This document shows, one piece after another, positions 38,730 to 52,849 of a DNA stretch of 64,000 nucleotides. Source of the stretch: Mobula hypostoma (taxonomy: Eukaryota); the NCBI RefSeq assembly GCF_963921235.1, contig NC_086097.1, positions 77,130,001 to 77,194,000 on the forward strand, written 5' to 3'. The position numbers and the translations under genes were made by a program. The first letter of the stretch is position 1, and each line of letters opens with the position of its first letter. Under the pieces are notes generated by a model, which saw only the letters and a list, made by a program, of their open reading frames with translations, made no database searches and was not told the DNA's origin.

Positions 38730-38889
38730 CGCCTTGCTGTCTCAAATTGATGATATGAGCATAATCTTTAGAAGTTAAAAGATGTGCATTTCTGAGTTCC
38801 AATGATGATTCAGTGCTTATCAAGGTGGTACACTTCAGCAACATCAAAAGAGTAATGGTGAAAAGGCTCCTCAAATTCATCACTAACAT
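38730..38889 (-). CDS. Fibrinogen-related-domain protein, coding exon 1 (signal peptide + linker)
   Basis: MLVMNLRSLFTITLLMLLKCTTLIST...; donor G|gtaagt, phase 1, matches exon 2. 347-bp intron; 855-nt CDS = 284 aa. Confidence 0.88.
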
Positions 38890-39899
38890 TGCGCTTGAAT
38901 TCTTGGGAAAAAAAAGTAAGGTTAAAAAAAAGATTACATGAACCTTGTGTCAAAAATATGAATTAAACAATTTCCTATCCATACATTGTTGCCCCAGTGT
39001 ACATGATCACTTTAAACTGGAGCACACTGGTTGGCAACATAAAGGTAACAGCTTTGGCCTCACCACCAGATGGTTTCAAACAGAGACTAGAAGCTATTTG
39101 TCAGTCCAGATTAATTGCTATAATTCTGATGAGATTCTTTTGTTCTGGCAAGAGTTCCTATGTAAAAGGCTTCATGGATCACCACATCAACTTTGGACGA
39201 TAGGTACAAATTGATGTCTCACTTTGAGACTCTATCCAAGCAACTGGCTGGTAATAATCAATTTTTTTGGCATTGATTGTACAGAAACTGGCAGTGAATA
39301 TAGAGAAATCATTACAGTGAAATAATCTATCAATTTAATGGAAATATGCAAAGAGTAAAAATTATTAAACTGTATAATTATTAACTCATTTATTCTAAGG
39401 TTTCAACTGGTACACTAATAATTGGTTCAGTTGTGTGAATTTAATCACTCAGATACAAATACTTCTACATACCATGCTTTTGTACGCATTCTGTGTGTAA
39501 ATATCTACAGTATACAGTTTAGTTATCTATTGTTAAAGTGCCAATTACTTTAAGATCCTACTTTTTTAAACTGGTCCTCCAATCTAGTTCTAACAACCTA
39601 GATATTAACAGGAAACATATGAATGTATCAGAACCTACCTTTCAATGTGAAGTAAATTCAGTTATACACACATGGCAAATCTCATCACAGCAGAAAGAAT
39701 ATATGTGAAGGAACTTGTCAGTACCTATTCATACCTTATTGTACTCTGGGAAGTGCTGACATTTCAGTTCAATGTACAATTAATTCTCATTAGCTAGGGT
39801 GCGTTCAGTAACCAAAGTCTAACATGACAAGTTTACAGGATTTCAATTGCTATCTGTGCACTTTGAACTAGATTTGTGAAGAAAAGAATGTGTATAATA

Positions 39900-40345
39900 A
39901 AATACAATAGCTTTCTTGACCTCTGAGTATTCCGCAGTCAATGCCATTTTTCAAGGGAGGGCCACCGCCATAGTAAGGGAGATGGATTGGTCTCTATCAG
40001 CTTTGGACATCTGGACACTGCAATTTTTTCCCATTCTCCTTTACAAAACTACTCAAGCTCTGTCAGATTGCATGGGGATCATGAGTGAACAGCTCTTTTC
40101 AAGCCCAGCCACAAATTCTCAATTGGATTGAGGTCTGGGATCTGACTTGGCCACTCCAGGACATTAGCTTTCATGTTTTTAAGCCATTCCTGTGTAGCTT
40201 TGGCTTTAGGCTTGGGGTCATTGTCTCGCTGGAAAACAAATCTTCTCCCAAGTCACTGTTCTCTTGCAGACTGCATCGGGTTTTCCTCCAGGATTTCCCT
40301 GTATTTGCTGCATTCACTTTGCCCTCTACGTTCACAAGCCTTCCA
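39900..40345 (-). mobile_element. Tc1/mariner transposase C-terminal fragment
   Basis: [11 protein letters not shown] and [18 protein letters not shown]. Confidence 0.85.
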
Positions 40346-41059
40346 AATTATTCTTATGTCTTATGGTCCTACCTTGTTTAGCAGCCTCATGTGAGGCACA
40401 TCAAAGGCCTTCAGAAAATCCAAGTAAACAACTTCCACTGATTTCTCCCTACATTCCCAATTTCGCTCTAGATTCTAATTTATCTATATGGTGGGGGGGG
40501 GGGGACTTAGAACCAAGTGATGTTCCAGCCTGGTCGAAGAAAAAGAAATAGCTTTGGCTTAATGGACCACTCAAAAAACAAAGAGCATCTCTGAAAGGAC
40601 AGCATAACCGCAATACCGCCATGAAATATTCAATTCAGTGTTGGGCATTAGTGCCTGCAGTACACATTCCTCTTGAGAAAAAGTTTCAAATGTCACATTT
40701 AATCATTTTAAAGAGGAAAGTGGAGTTTTCCTCCTCTGCATTTAGATATTCTAGGCTTTATAAAGGACGGACCAAAGGATGCCTCATGTTAAGACTTATT
40801 AGTTAGCACATCTGTGAGCATGACAATTCTACTTGCTTGCTAATGGGAATGCTGCTCCTGAGGCCAAAGTGCAATAAGGACTTGTCAGAACACAACATAG
40901 CACCACTGGGTTTATAAGTAAAGTAAAGATATAATACTTGGCCTGCATCATGACTTTCCTGTTAGTGGGAGATGTCAGTCGCTAAACTTTTAAACTATAA
41001 GATCATGACAGCTAGCAATAATACATATCTCTGCTAGAGGATATAGGGCTCACGTGCAA

Positions 41060-41520
41060 GGGTTAAGTTCGAAGTAAATTTATTGTCAAAGTACATATTT
41101 GTTGCCATATACTACCCTGAGATTCATTTTCAAAGAAACACAACAGAATCAATGAAAAACTGCACACAAGGACACACAAACAACCAATGTGCAAAAGAAT
41201 TGTGCAAGTACAAAAAAGGAGACAAAAACAAAATAATAATAAATAAATAATAAATATTGAGAACATGAGTTGAAAAGTCCTTGAAAGTGAGTCCACAGGT
41301 TGTGGAACTAGTTCAGTGTTCGGGTGAGTGAAGTTAGCCATTCTAGTTCAACAGCATGGTAGTTGAATGGTAATACAGTAACTGTTCCTGAGCCTGGTAT
41401 CGTGGGACCTAGGGATCCTGTACCTCAGCAAGTGGCCATCAGCAAAAACAAAGCATGGACTGGTTGGTGGGGATTCTCAATGATGGATTCTGCTTTTCTA
41501 CTACAGCGCTCCAGTGCAAG
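41060..41520 (-). mobile_element. Rex1/Babar 3' end
   Basis: RKAESIIENPHQPVHALFLL; aataaatttacttcgaac tail. Confidence 0.75.
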
Positions 41521-44210
41521 GAACTTAACCAATTTTGGTTGGAGAATCTGGACACTGGGACAGAACCTCAAACAGGAAGCACCAGTCAAAATATCTAATG
41601 CCAAATAAAGTCTAGAATGTGAAATAAACAAAAGTTGGTTTAAGAGAGATGGATAACCAGCATGACGGAACATTAGCTGGTCCTCCTCCCTCACAGATCC
41701 AGTGACTGGAATTTGATCCTGATCTTTGTGCTGTCTGGGTAGAGTTTGTAAATTTCTCCTTGCACCCATACAGAATCCTGTCAGGTACTCCAGTTTATTT
41801 CCAAGTTCAAGGAGGTGGTACTAAATTGACTTGGCTACTGTAAATTACTCCTTAATGCAGGTTGAAGCAAACTATATAATTGGAACTGATGGGCAGGTGA
41901 CAAAAAATAAATTGGAGGCTAAAGGGAAATAAGAGGGAGAATGTGTCTAATACAACTCTTTTGCTGGGAGCTCACATTGATTGATTGCTCAAATGTCCTT
42001 CAGTATTGTCATAGAGTAGGTTACATTAAGGAAGACAGTACAATTAAAATCTGAAGGGGCAATCTAACAGATGGGGAAGTTAATTTTCAGTACTGCAGAA
42101 GATGCTTGGTATGTCCAAAGCTTACCATGTCCAAAGGTCACTGCAACAATGAACCTGCTATTTCACCTTTGAACGTGATGCTTCAGGGTGAGCATACCAT
42201 TTTGAACAGCAACTTCTGGATTCCTTTGTTAAAGTAAGCATGTATTGTCACCATCCATGTCTAAGTTATACTTTATTAATAGCAAACCTTCAATCACAGC
42301 ATCGCCTATGATGTGATTGTCATAGAAAATACATGCCACAGTGCCACATAAAGGCAAAAATGATACAATTACAGATATGAATATCATGGCGCATCGCCTC
42401 CACCTACTGATATAACATGAGATAAATGAAGGGTAGAATATAAGGAAAAATAATTACAAAGCACAATGAAGATATCAAGTAAACAAAATCACTGCACAAT
42501 CTTTTCTTCACATTGTCCCACTTAGGCAAATAAGCAATGACATAGGTCGAGGATGTCAATCTATAAAGTAGTTTTAATAAATCATAATGCAATAATTTAC
42601 TTGCAAAGAAACAGTCTCACCCAAAAATTTAGTTTGGTAAAATAATTAACCTGCAGTTAATTTCCTAAAAATTGCATTCATTGAATTTTTCTGTTGTTTG
42701 AAGAGGTAAAAACTTTGTGTTTTCCTGGAAAATAATCTAAAGTTTCACAAATTTACAACTGATTTCTTCAGGAATATTTAGTAATGATTGTAATTATAAG
42801 ATATTTTAAAATAATTTTCATTCCCTTCTATGCTTCAGCTAATACCATCACTCAATATGGCACATAACAATATAGGTCAATAAAGTTCTTTACCTCAGCT
42901 GAGTTAACCAATAATAATAGTTCAGAGGGAAAGCCTATTAGTTATCCATTGATTTTGTATAAGGTCATATCAAGCTAAAGAATCCATACCCTCTCTGGAT
43001 ATGCTAAGTTACTAACCAGCCTGGCGGTGGGAAGAGAAAATTATTTAATAAAGTAGATAAAGCCATAGAAAACCATTTGTACAATGACAAAATTGTTCAA
43101 AGGTTAAAGCCTACAAACAGAAATTCAAGAAAAGACTAAAATATTATAGCCTATAAAAAATGAAATTATAAAATTTGCCTGGTGGCCGCTGATGGAGTAA
43201 CAGCTCTCTGCTGGTGCTCCCAACTTACTTACTTTTGTCTCCAACATTTTGAAATCCTACTGCTAGACAGGTTATTATATTACTATGACTACCAAAGAAG
43301 CTTTGGAAGCTATTACAGGCTCAATTCAAAAGCTTACTGAGGAGTTTCAACAGCTCAGAAAAGAAGCGTCGGCTGACTCGCAACAAATCAGCACTGAAAT
43401 TAAACAAATAGGGACGAAATTAGACGATATTCAAGCGACTCTAACCAAGCATGACAAGAAAATAAAGGAAAATGAGGATGGATGAGAAAATGGATGATTT
43501 GCAAAAGCTGTATGACAAACAATCCAAGTCCAACGAAATACTGAGAGAGAAGATTATTGATTTGGAAAACAGAAGTAGGAGAGACAACTTACGAAACTTG
43601 GGACTTAAAGAGCAAACTGAAGGAGATAATCCTAAAGAATTCTTTGCAAACCTTTTGATGGAATTATTCCCTGATATAATAAAGTTTCTGTCTTTGATTG
43701 ATCGTGCTCACAGATCACCTATCTATGGATCAAGTTCAAAATCAAAACCAAGATCTAGAGCGCTCTAGGTTACTCCAAGGGGAACTGACCAGACAAACCA
43801 GCAGCCCACACTCAACCCCAAGGCTACTTATATTCCAAGCCCCAAGATGGAAATCAGGTGCCTATGATTAACTCAAACAAGGGACAGCTGGAAGACCCGG
43901 AGTCCTGAGTCCACAGACCGGACCGTGAACTGGAATGCGGACTTCACGGACCGGACCATGACAGTCTAAGCTTTTTTTTATCTGTATATTATTTAGTCTT
44001 GGTTGGAACAGTAAATAATCTTGAGTTCTCTGAAGCTGTTCGAACAGGCTTTCTAAGGGGATGTTTTCAGTGGGGGTAAATAGCGGTTGTTCTTTGACCA
44101 ATTTTCTTTCTTTGGGAGGAGGGAGAGGTATGGGGAGTTCTTTATTCTTGAAGCTGATTTGGGAATCTAATCAATTCTGTTGTTTAGCTAATATATCTCA
44201 AGATTTATTA

Positions 44211-44373
44211 AAGTTGCTGGTGAACGCAGCAGGCCAAGCAGCATCTATAGGAAGAGGCACAGTCGACGACGTCGACTGCGCCTCTTCCTATAGATGCTGC
44301 TTGGCCTGCTGCGTTCACCAGCAACTTTGATGTATGTTGCTTGAATTTCCAGCATCTGCAGAATTCCTGTTGT
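44211..44373. mobile_element. Penelope pLTR-derived fold-back mini-element
   Basis: Near-perfect ~59-bp arms with apex cagtcgacg-a-cgtcgactg; exact 13-bp TSD tcaagatttatta (44198-44210, 44374-44386). Confidence 0.85.
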
Positions 44374-45349
44374 TCAAGATTTATTATTTAGGTTTAGTAC
44401 ACATTTCTCTGATTGCTACTTTAAACTTTCTTATAAATAGTTTTTAAATGGATCAAAGTATTAATTTACTTAGTTTTAACGTGAAAGGGCTAAATCACCC
44501 CATGAAAAGAAATAAGATTTCTGCCTGTATTAAAAAACTTAAGGTACCAATTGTTTTTGTTCAAGAAACCCATGTACGTAAGTGTGACAATTCACGCCTT
44601 TTTATCGATGAAGATGGTCTCATCTCCATTCATTGTTTCAGGTCAAAGCCAGAGCAGTTTCGATCTTTATAGATAATAAAGTTCCCTTTGTTCAACATAA
44701 AGTAATTTCTGATACTAATGGGCATATTGTTATAGTATCAGGGAAGCTAAGGAACAAACTAATGATATTTGCCAATGTGTATGCTCCGAATATAGATGAT
44801 CCAGGTCTTTCTGAGCGTTTTTTTCCCCATTTTTGCTAGATCTAAGACTGCTCATTGGTGATGGGTGGAGACTTTAATTGTTGCTTAAATCCAGCTTTAG
44901 ATCGTTCATCTTCTAAACTAATGATACCAAGTAAATCAGATGTGTTTATTAAATCTTTTTTAATGAAATGTGGTATTGTTGATGCTTGGTGTTTTTTTTT
45001 CATCCAATAGACAAGGATTATTTGTTTTTCTCTCATGTCCATTATACATATTCCAGGATTGATTATTTTTTATTGATAGCAAAATGATTCCATCAGTTCA
45101 ATCCTGTGAATATAAAGAGATTGCTGTCTCAGTTCACGCTCCTGTGCTCCTATCTTTAAGTATCCCTGGTCTTCTTCAAACAAAGAGGTTTTGGCGATTT
45201 AATTTAACTTTATTATCTGATAAAGATTTTTTAAGGTTTATGGAGAGACAAATTACTCTTTTTTTTAAGAGAATACATTAGAGGAGACATCTAATCTTAT
45301 CAGATGGGATGCCATTAAGGCATATATTACAGGACAAATTATTTCTTAT

Positions 45350-45654
45350 TCAAAAAGATTCAAAAGATTCAAAGATTCAAAAAACGTTATTGTCATTCTA
45401 ACTGTACATCAGCTCTGCAGGGCAGAATGAGAGCATTTCTCAGGAGCAGTGCAATCATAACATAACAAACACAATGCTAAATAATAAACATAACAATAAA
45501 TAGTAAAACACAACAGCCACATGTCAGTTAAAATCAAGTTATAAGTGTCCAGTGCAAGTTAAAAGTGTCCAAAGCAGAGTCAGGTAGAGCAGCTATTTAG
45601 CAGTCTGACTGCCTGTGGGAGGAAGCTGTTTAGTAACCTTGTGGTTTTAGTATA
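45350..45654 (-). mobile_element. Rex1-type 3' fragment inserted in L1 ORF2
   Basis: (attcaaag)n tail; splits the L1 peptide GQIISY|TASIKKK. Confidence 0.7.
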
Positions 45655-48600
45655 TTATACTGCAAGTATTAAGAAAAAAGCTAATAAAGAGAGAAGTGAT
45701 TTAGCTAATCAGCTGAAACAATTAAACCAAGAGTATGCCTTGGCTCCAGAACCTGCCTTATATAAAAGACATGTTGAAACTAAAACTAAATATGATCTCC
45801 TTTTAACCTATCCAATTGAAACGCAACTCCTAAAAGATAAAAGTCAATTTTATATTCATGGAGATAATTCAGGTAAATTATTGGCTGATCAAATTAAAAC
45901 CTTTATAGCTGAACAGCAGATTAAAGAAATATGCAAAGCTAATTGTGATAGGACAACTGATTATTTAGAAATAAATGATACTTTTAGAGAATTTTATTCT
46001 AAACTCTATAGTTCTGAATCTTCTAAAGATAACACTGTAATGAACAATTCTTTAGACCAACTAAACATTCCTACAATTTCTGCCGACAACAGAAAGTTGT
46101 TGGAACAACCTATTTCTTTTGAGGAAATTGTTGAGGCTGTGCCCTCATTACATTTGAGGAAAGCTCCGGGTCCAGATAGGTTTTCTGGAGAGTTTTACAA
46201 GATCTTTTCCTCACTGCTTATACCTCATTTACGTTCAATATTTTTCGGATTCGTTCAAGTCGGGCAGACTCCCTCAATCTTCTTATGAGGCTTCTATTTC
46301 GCGTATCCTTAAAAAGAATAAGGATCCAACTGAATGCTCTTCTTATAGACCAATTTCTTTACTTAATGTTGATACTAAGATCCTATCTAAAGTTTTGGCC
46401 CATAGTATTGAAAATATTTTACCATCTTTCATTTCCGATAACCAAACTGGATTTGTCAAAAATCAATATTCTCACTTTAATATTTGTTGGTTATTAAATA
46501 TTATTTATTCTCCTTCTAACATGATATCGGAACGTGTGGTATCCCGAGATGCTGAGAAAGCTTTCGCCAGAGTTGAATGGAATTATTTATTTAAAACTTT
46601 AGAAAAATTCAATCTTGGACCCGTTTTCATTCAATGGATTAAATTACCTTATTTAGCTCATTCTGCTAATTCTCATAATTCCAAAACATTTAAACTTCAG
46701 TGTGGCACTAGACAAGGCTGTCTGTTGAGCCTTTGGCTTTTTGATCTGGCCTTAGAACCTTTAGCCATTTCCTTTTGAGAATCTAATTATATCACCGGTA
46801 TTTTAAGGAGCGATACTATTCACAAAGTCTTGCTGTACGCTGATGATCTGCTGCTATTTATTTCCAATGTTCAGACTTCGTTATCCCATGCGCTTCCTTT
46901 ACTCTTCTGTTTTAGCCAGTTCTCAGGTTATAAATTAAACCTACATGAAAGAGAACTTTTCCCTTTGAATAATTTGATACCAACAAATTCTAACCTTCCT
47001 TTTCAAATTGTAAGAAACCAATTTACCTGCTTAGGTGTAACAATTACTAAAAACTATAAGCGCCTATTTAAAGAAAATTTTCTTATCCTATTGAATCACG
47101 TAAAAAGGATACTATCAAATTGGTCGCCTCTTTCGTTATCGCTGATTGGCTGAATTAACTCTATATGAATATATTTCCTAAATTTATATACCTTTTTTAG
47201 GCATTTCATGTTTTTATTCCTAAATCTTTCTTTCATTCTCTTGACTCTATTATAGCCTTTTATATATGAAAGAATAAGTGTTCTAGATTAAATAAAATTC
47301 ATCTTCAGAAAGATAAAAAATATGGAGGATCAGCCTTACCAAACTTTAGATTTTATTATTGGGCAGTTAATATAAGAAATCTTACATTTTGGTTATATTA
47401 TATTAGTCGTGAGGATTGCCTGATGTGGGTTTTTTTAGAAGCTAACTCTGTTAATAAATTTTCTATTATTTCTCTTCTTGGATCCTCACTTCCTTTGTCT
47501 CTGAGTAAATTAATTGATAATCTGGTAGTTAAACACACTATGAGAATTTGGATACAATTCTGAAAATACTTTGGCTTACTAAGGTTCTCTCTTTTAAGTC
47601 CCATTTTTTCTAATTAATTTTTTAAACCCTTTATGATTGATGTGGCTTTTAAAGAATGGAATAGATAAGGTATTAAAGTGCTTTCAGGACTTGTTTGTAG
47701 AGGGAAGTCTCTTTTTGCTTGAACACCTATCAACTAAATATAGTTTACCCAAAACTCAGTTTTTTCGATACTTACAAATAAGAGATTTTTTACGGTCTCA
47801 AGTAAGTACATTTCCTAAAAGTCCTGATAAGAATCTACTAGATGTAATTTTTAATTTGAAACCTATTTATAATGGATCTATATCTAATATTTATAATATG
47901 CTGTTGGGAATAAGAAGTGTTCCTTTAGATAAAATTAAAAATCTTTGGGAACAAGATTTACAGACTTCAATTTCTGAGGAAATTTGGAATTAAATTTTTA
48001 AATTGGTTAACACTTCATCATTATGTGCCCGCCACTCTCTGCTACAATTTAAAGTGGCCCATAAGGCCGATATGACCAAAGATAAGTTGTCTCGTTTTTA
48101 TTTAGATATATCTCTGTATTGTGATAAATGTAATAATGGAGAAGCTTCACTCATTCATATGTTTTGAGTCTTGTAAAATATTGGAAAGAAGTATTTCAAA
48201 CTTCCTCGATACTTTTCAAAGTAAACTTTAAGCCTAATCCTTTGACCGCTTTATTTGGTATTGTTGGAGGAAAGGATATTATTTTGGAGTCATCTGACTT
48301 GCACATTTTGGCTTTTATTTCTCTTATGGCCAGAAGGACGCTCTTGCTTAAATGGAAAGATGCAGCTCCTCCTATTCACGCTCAATGGTTACGTGATGTG
48401 ATGTCATGTTTAAATTTAGAGAAGATTCGATGTTCAATCCCTGAATCTAGCCAAGACTTTCAAACATTGTGGGGACCTTTTTTTGACTTATTTTCAAAAC
48501 CTTTGATTTGCTGTTAAAGCACAGATGATGACTAATAATATTTTTTTCCTTTTTTTCTTTACTAATCAGCTTTGGCCTTGGTAGTGGGTTAGATTTTTTT

Positions 48601-50221
48601 AATATAATAAAATTACTATATTTCAATGTTATGAATTAATTAATCTGTATGAATATAGGGTAAGGAGTCTTTATATGTGATTTAATATAATGTATTGATA
48701 TATTTTTTCTTGTACTCCATATTCTTACGTGTAAAATTAATAATAAGAATATTGGAAAGAAAAACAATATTGTATAAAGTTGGTGCCAGCAGGCCAATTT
48801 TAATGTCCATTGACTCTAATCAGCTTAAATCTTACCAAATAGTAATGATACCTTAAAATTGACAAATAAGCCATAAATGTGATACAGCAAAACTTGAATA
48901 CGTGAGATACAAGACTTTAAAGTATTAAATATAAATATGTAAATGAATTAATGACACTACTCTTTTTGCACCATCACACAAAGTTAAGATTTGTCTAAAC
49001 TCATGTAATACTCTATAAAACATTATTGCAATATTATTTTTGGTATTGCATTCTTTCTTTTGAGATGTTGCAGCGTTTTTCCTAATTTGTTCTTGTTCAT
49101 CCAGCATTTTTTCTGAATTATGCTCTTAAATTAGGATTTAATTTAATTCAGCCTCAAGTGACCAAAGTCATGTGGAACCTTAGATGCATGCATCAGTATT
49201 GTGAGCAAAATCTGCAAGAAATTTACTTTAAACTGATTAGCAGGGGAGAAGGGGAGAAGGGCAAATGGAATTCAATCCATTGATGAATGAGCTAATTTAT
49301 TTAGAGAGGACAATCGAGGTAAGAGAAAACTATAGAGGACCAAAGGAACTTTCAAATAGCCTCCCTACAGATCCCTGAAGATATGCAGAAGTGTTTTGAT
49401 ACTTACAAGGATATTATAAAATTCCAACTAAGCCAGGGGATTGCTGGTACAGGAGATTTAGCATATAGGAAAGATTTAACAGCTTCAGTTTGTTCTTTTA
49501 ATAGACACTGAGATTTAATTGAAATTGCATTGTACGTGCTTTAGAGAAAGTGGGTTGGAATTACAGTGTCAGTAAATCGGGCATTTAGATTTAAAAGTAT
49601 TTGAGGAGAACCACCTTCAGCCAGATGGTGGTGCAGGGTCCCAAATTAGTAAGTCAGTCACTCTTGCATAAGATTTGAAGCTGTGTTACGAGTACAACAG
49701 ACTCAATTACAACAGATTCAGAACAAAACAAAAACCAAAAAGTACTGAAAACCTTTTTAAATGCTATCACTGAACCAAGCATATTAGCAGGTTTAAAATC
49801 TAACAAGCTGTTCAAAATCTTACAAGATAATTAATCTGCAGAAACAATTTCAACACATGGTGTAGCAGCAATCTCCTTTGAAGGCCTTGATATACTTGAC
49901 AAGTCTAAATCTTAGTTTGTGCATATTCATATACTGAACATCCAGTGGAACGAGCTAAAATAGGTTAGCATCCTCGTACAACAATTTGGAAATGACTGTT
50001 TTTCAAGTACAAGGCATAACTTTGCTCCTCTCCCATTCCAACATGCTTAACAGAACACTGTGAAGATTGTTTGGAGACTCCCCGGTATCCATGTAGTTAA
50101 AATAACAATCAACATTACAAAATGCAAAAAAAAAACACTTCTGGGTAACTTAAGAGCAATAATTGTGCACTATGAAATACCCAGACTTCTGCAGAATTAG
50201 TCGGCAAGAGTCAGTGTATCA

Positions 50222-50426
50222 GCTGGCTGGTGGTGCAGTGGCATCTGCACTGGACTTCGAGGCGAATGGTCACAGGTTCGAATTCAGCCGGGTCCTTGCA
50301 CGCTTCCCATCCAGCTGCATTAAGTGAGCAACTCGGCCTGGTAAAAAACAGGCACATGCTAAAGTAGCAGCAAGGTTGCTGTCCAAAGTGCCACAGGGCA
50401 CAGAGAGGAACAACAGACACAAAACA
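50222..50426 (+). mobile_element. tRNA-derived SINE, 205 bp
   Basis: A box tggtgcagtgg, B box ggttcgaattc; exact 13-bp TSD agtcagtgtatca (50209-50221, 50427-50439). Confidence 0.85.
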
Positions 50427-50879
50427 AGTCAGTGTATCACAATGAACAGATCATAATCCTCAATGTATTCTAAATGCAAATAATTGCCTAATAACAGCAT
50501 TTTTTTTTGGAAGGGACTCAAAATCATTGATCAACCATGCACAACTACAGGTTAAACTGAGGAAGACAGGCACTGAAATGAAGCCTTACACTAACTTCTC
50601 TTTGCGTTAGTAGAACATTCTGCTACCATGAACTGCATTTCTTGAGGTATTTAGTAAAAGAACAAAGAAAATCCTTCAATTTATTGCCACTAGTGCACTC
50701 TATAAAAGCCAAAAGTTGCAGAAGGCCTGCGAAGGTAAAATGCTGCTCTCCCCGGTGCTCTCTCCTTCCACATGTAAACTTATGAGGGATGACTGAAAAG
50801 AATACTCAAGGTGCCAATGGAAGACCTCAGGAATATACAGGATACGAAGTGGAATTGTGAAATAAAATAATCTAAGACA

Positions 50880-51085
50880 TTGCAACACCCACAAAATGCT
50901 GGTGGAACGCAGCTGGTCTGGCAGCTTCTATAGGAAGTACAGTTGACGTTTTGGGCCAAGACCCTTCATCAGGACTAACTGAAAGAAGAGATAGTAGAGA
51001 TTTAAAAGTGGGAGGGGGAGGGGAGATCCGAAATGATAGGAGAAGACAGGAGGGGGGAGGGAGGAAGATAAGAGCTGGAAAGCAT
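50880..51085 (-). mobile_element. Penelope pLTR fragment with degenerate hammerhead
   Basis: Minus 50940-50977 reads tagtc-ctgatga-agggtcttggccc-aaaacgtc-aactg. Confidence 0.75.
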
Positions 51086-51459
51086 TGTTTTATAGTAGAT
51101 CACAAAGACAGGACAAGAGGAAAAGGTTGAATATGGAAAAATTAGAATAATAGTTCTCTATTATTTGAAAAATATTAGGAAAATTAATGTCACCCACTAC
51201 AACAATTCTGTTGCTTTTCTATCTATCCATAATTTGTCTACATATCTGTACCTCCATCTTCCACTGGCTATTGAGAGGCCTACAATTGAAATCCTCCCTG
51301 TGTGGCCTCAGTGGATGAATCTGCTGGATGCCTTCTCTGAGTGTCGCTGTGACATTCTCCCTCTTTAGGAATGCAGCTCTCCCACCTCCCTTCCCCACCC
51401 GTCTAAAATATCAAAACCCAAGTATGGTGAGCTACCAGTCCTGTTCCTCTCGTAAGCAA

Positions 51460-52800
51460 GGATCAGAATTCAAAGTAAATTTATTATCAAAGTACATATG
51501 CCACCATATACAACCCTGAGATTTGTTTTCTTGTGGGCGGGGCATACTAGGTAAATCCAAGAAATATAACAGAATCAGTGAAAGACCGCACGCAAAAGGA
51601 CTAACTACCAATGTGTAAAAGACAAAAGAAAAATAAATACAAATAATAACATATTGAGAACATGAGATCAAGAGTCCTTGCAAGTGACACTGATCATTGA
51701 TGGGGTGAGTGAAGTTATCCCCACTAATTCAAGAGTCTGATGTTTGAGGGGTAATAACTGTTCCTGAACCTGGTGGTGTGAGTCTTGAGGCTCCGGTACC
51801 TTCTTCCTGATGGCAGTAGCAAGAAGAGAGCATGGCCTGTGTGGTGGTGGATGTCCTTGTTGGATGCTGTTTTCCTGCTACAGCATTCTGTGTAGATGTG
51901 CTCAATGGTGGGGAGGGCTTTGCCCATAATGGACTGGGTTGTATCCACAACATTTTGTAGGACTTTCCGTTCAAAGGCATTGGTATTTCCATACCAGGCC
52001 ATGATGCAACCAGTCAATATACTCTCCACCACACAATATACTGCACTTTGCAACCACCTGTGATTCGGTCTGTAACAGTGGTGTTGTCAGCAAACGTAAA
52101 TATGGCATTGGAGCTGTGCTTAGCCTCACAGTCATAAGCATAAAGCAAGTAGAGCAGGTGGCTAAGCACACAGCCTTGTGGTGCGCCTATGCTGATGGAG
52201 ATTGTGGAGCTGTTGTCAACTTGAACTGACTTGGGCCTACAAGTGAGGAACGAGGATCCAATTGTACAAAGAGATATTGAGGCCAAGGTATTGAAGCTTA
52301 TTGCTTAGTTTTGAGAGGATGATCGTACTGAATGCTGAGCTGCAGTCAATAGAGCATTCTAGTGTTCCAGGGTTGAGTGAAAAGCCAATGAAATGGCATT
52401 TGCTGTGGAACTTTGGTGCTGGAAGGCAAATTGGAGCTGATCCAAGTCACTTCTCAGGCAAGAGTTGATAAGTTTCATCACCAACCTCTCAAAACACTTC
52501 TTCACAGTGGTTATAAGTGTTACTGTACAATAGTAGGCAGGCTACCACTTTCTTCCCGTGTAATTGAATCCTGCTTGAAGTCGGTGAGTACCTTAGACTG
52601 CCAAACTAAGAAGTTAAAGATATCGGTAAACACTCCGCCAGATGATCAGCACAGATCTTTAGTACTCAGCCAGGTACCTATCTAAGCCAGTTGCTTTCTG
52701 TGGATTCACCCTCCTGAAGGATAATCTCATGTCAACCTCACAGACTGACATCACAGGGTCATCAGGGGCTATGGGAGCTCATGAAGGTTCCTCCATGTTT
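51460..52800 (-). mobile_element. Rex1/Babar LINE
   Basis: GAPQGCVLS, ESILTGCIMAWYGN, LLPSGRRYRS. Confidence 0.85.
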
Positions 52801-52849
52801 TAGCAAGTCTTAGTGATGGCCATAACATCTTGGCATGGTGTACTTACTG

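Larger units (their letters stand above)
43177..48765 (+). mobile_element. Near full-length L1-clade LINE (decayed)
   Basis: ORF1 coiled coil + DLENRSRRDNL, IDRAHRS; ORF2 SFNVKGLN, VQETH, GGDFN, GTRQGC, LYADDLL, CDKC...LIHMF; A-rich tail. Confidence 0.92.

Noticed and set aside
42880..42900. Minus-strand donor (ctgag|gtaaag) as FReD first exon
   Set aside because: A lone splice-like motif without independent evidence.
50222..50295. tRNA gene
   Set aside because: Poor anticodon-stem pairing; part of a TSD-flanked SINE.
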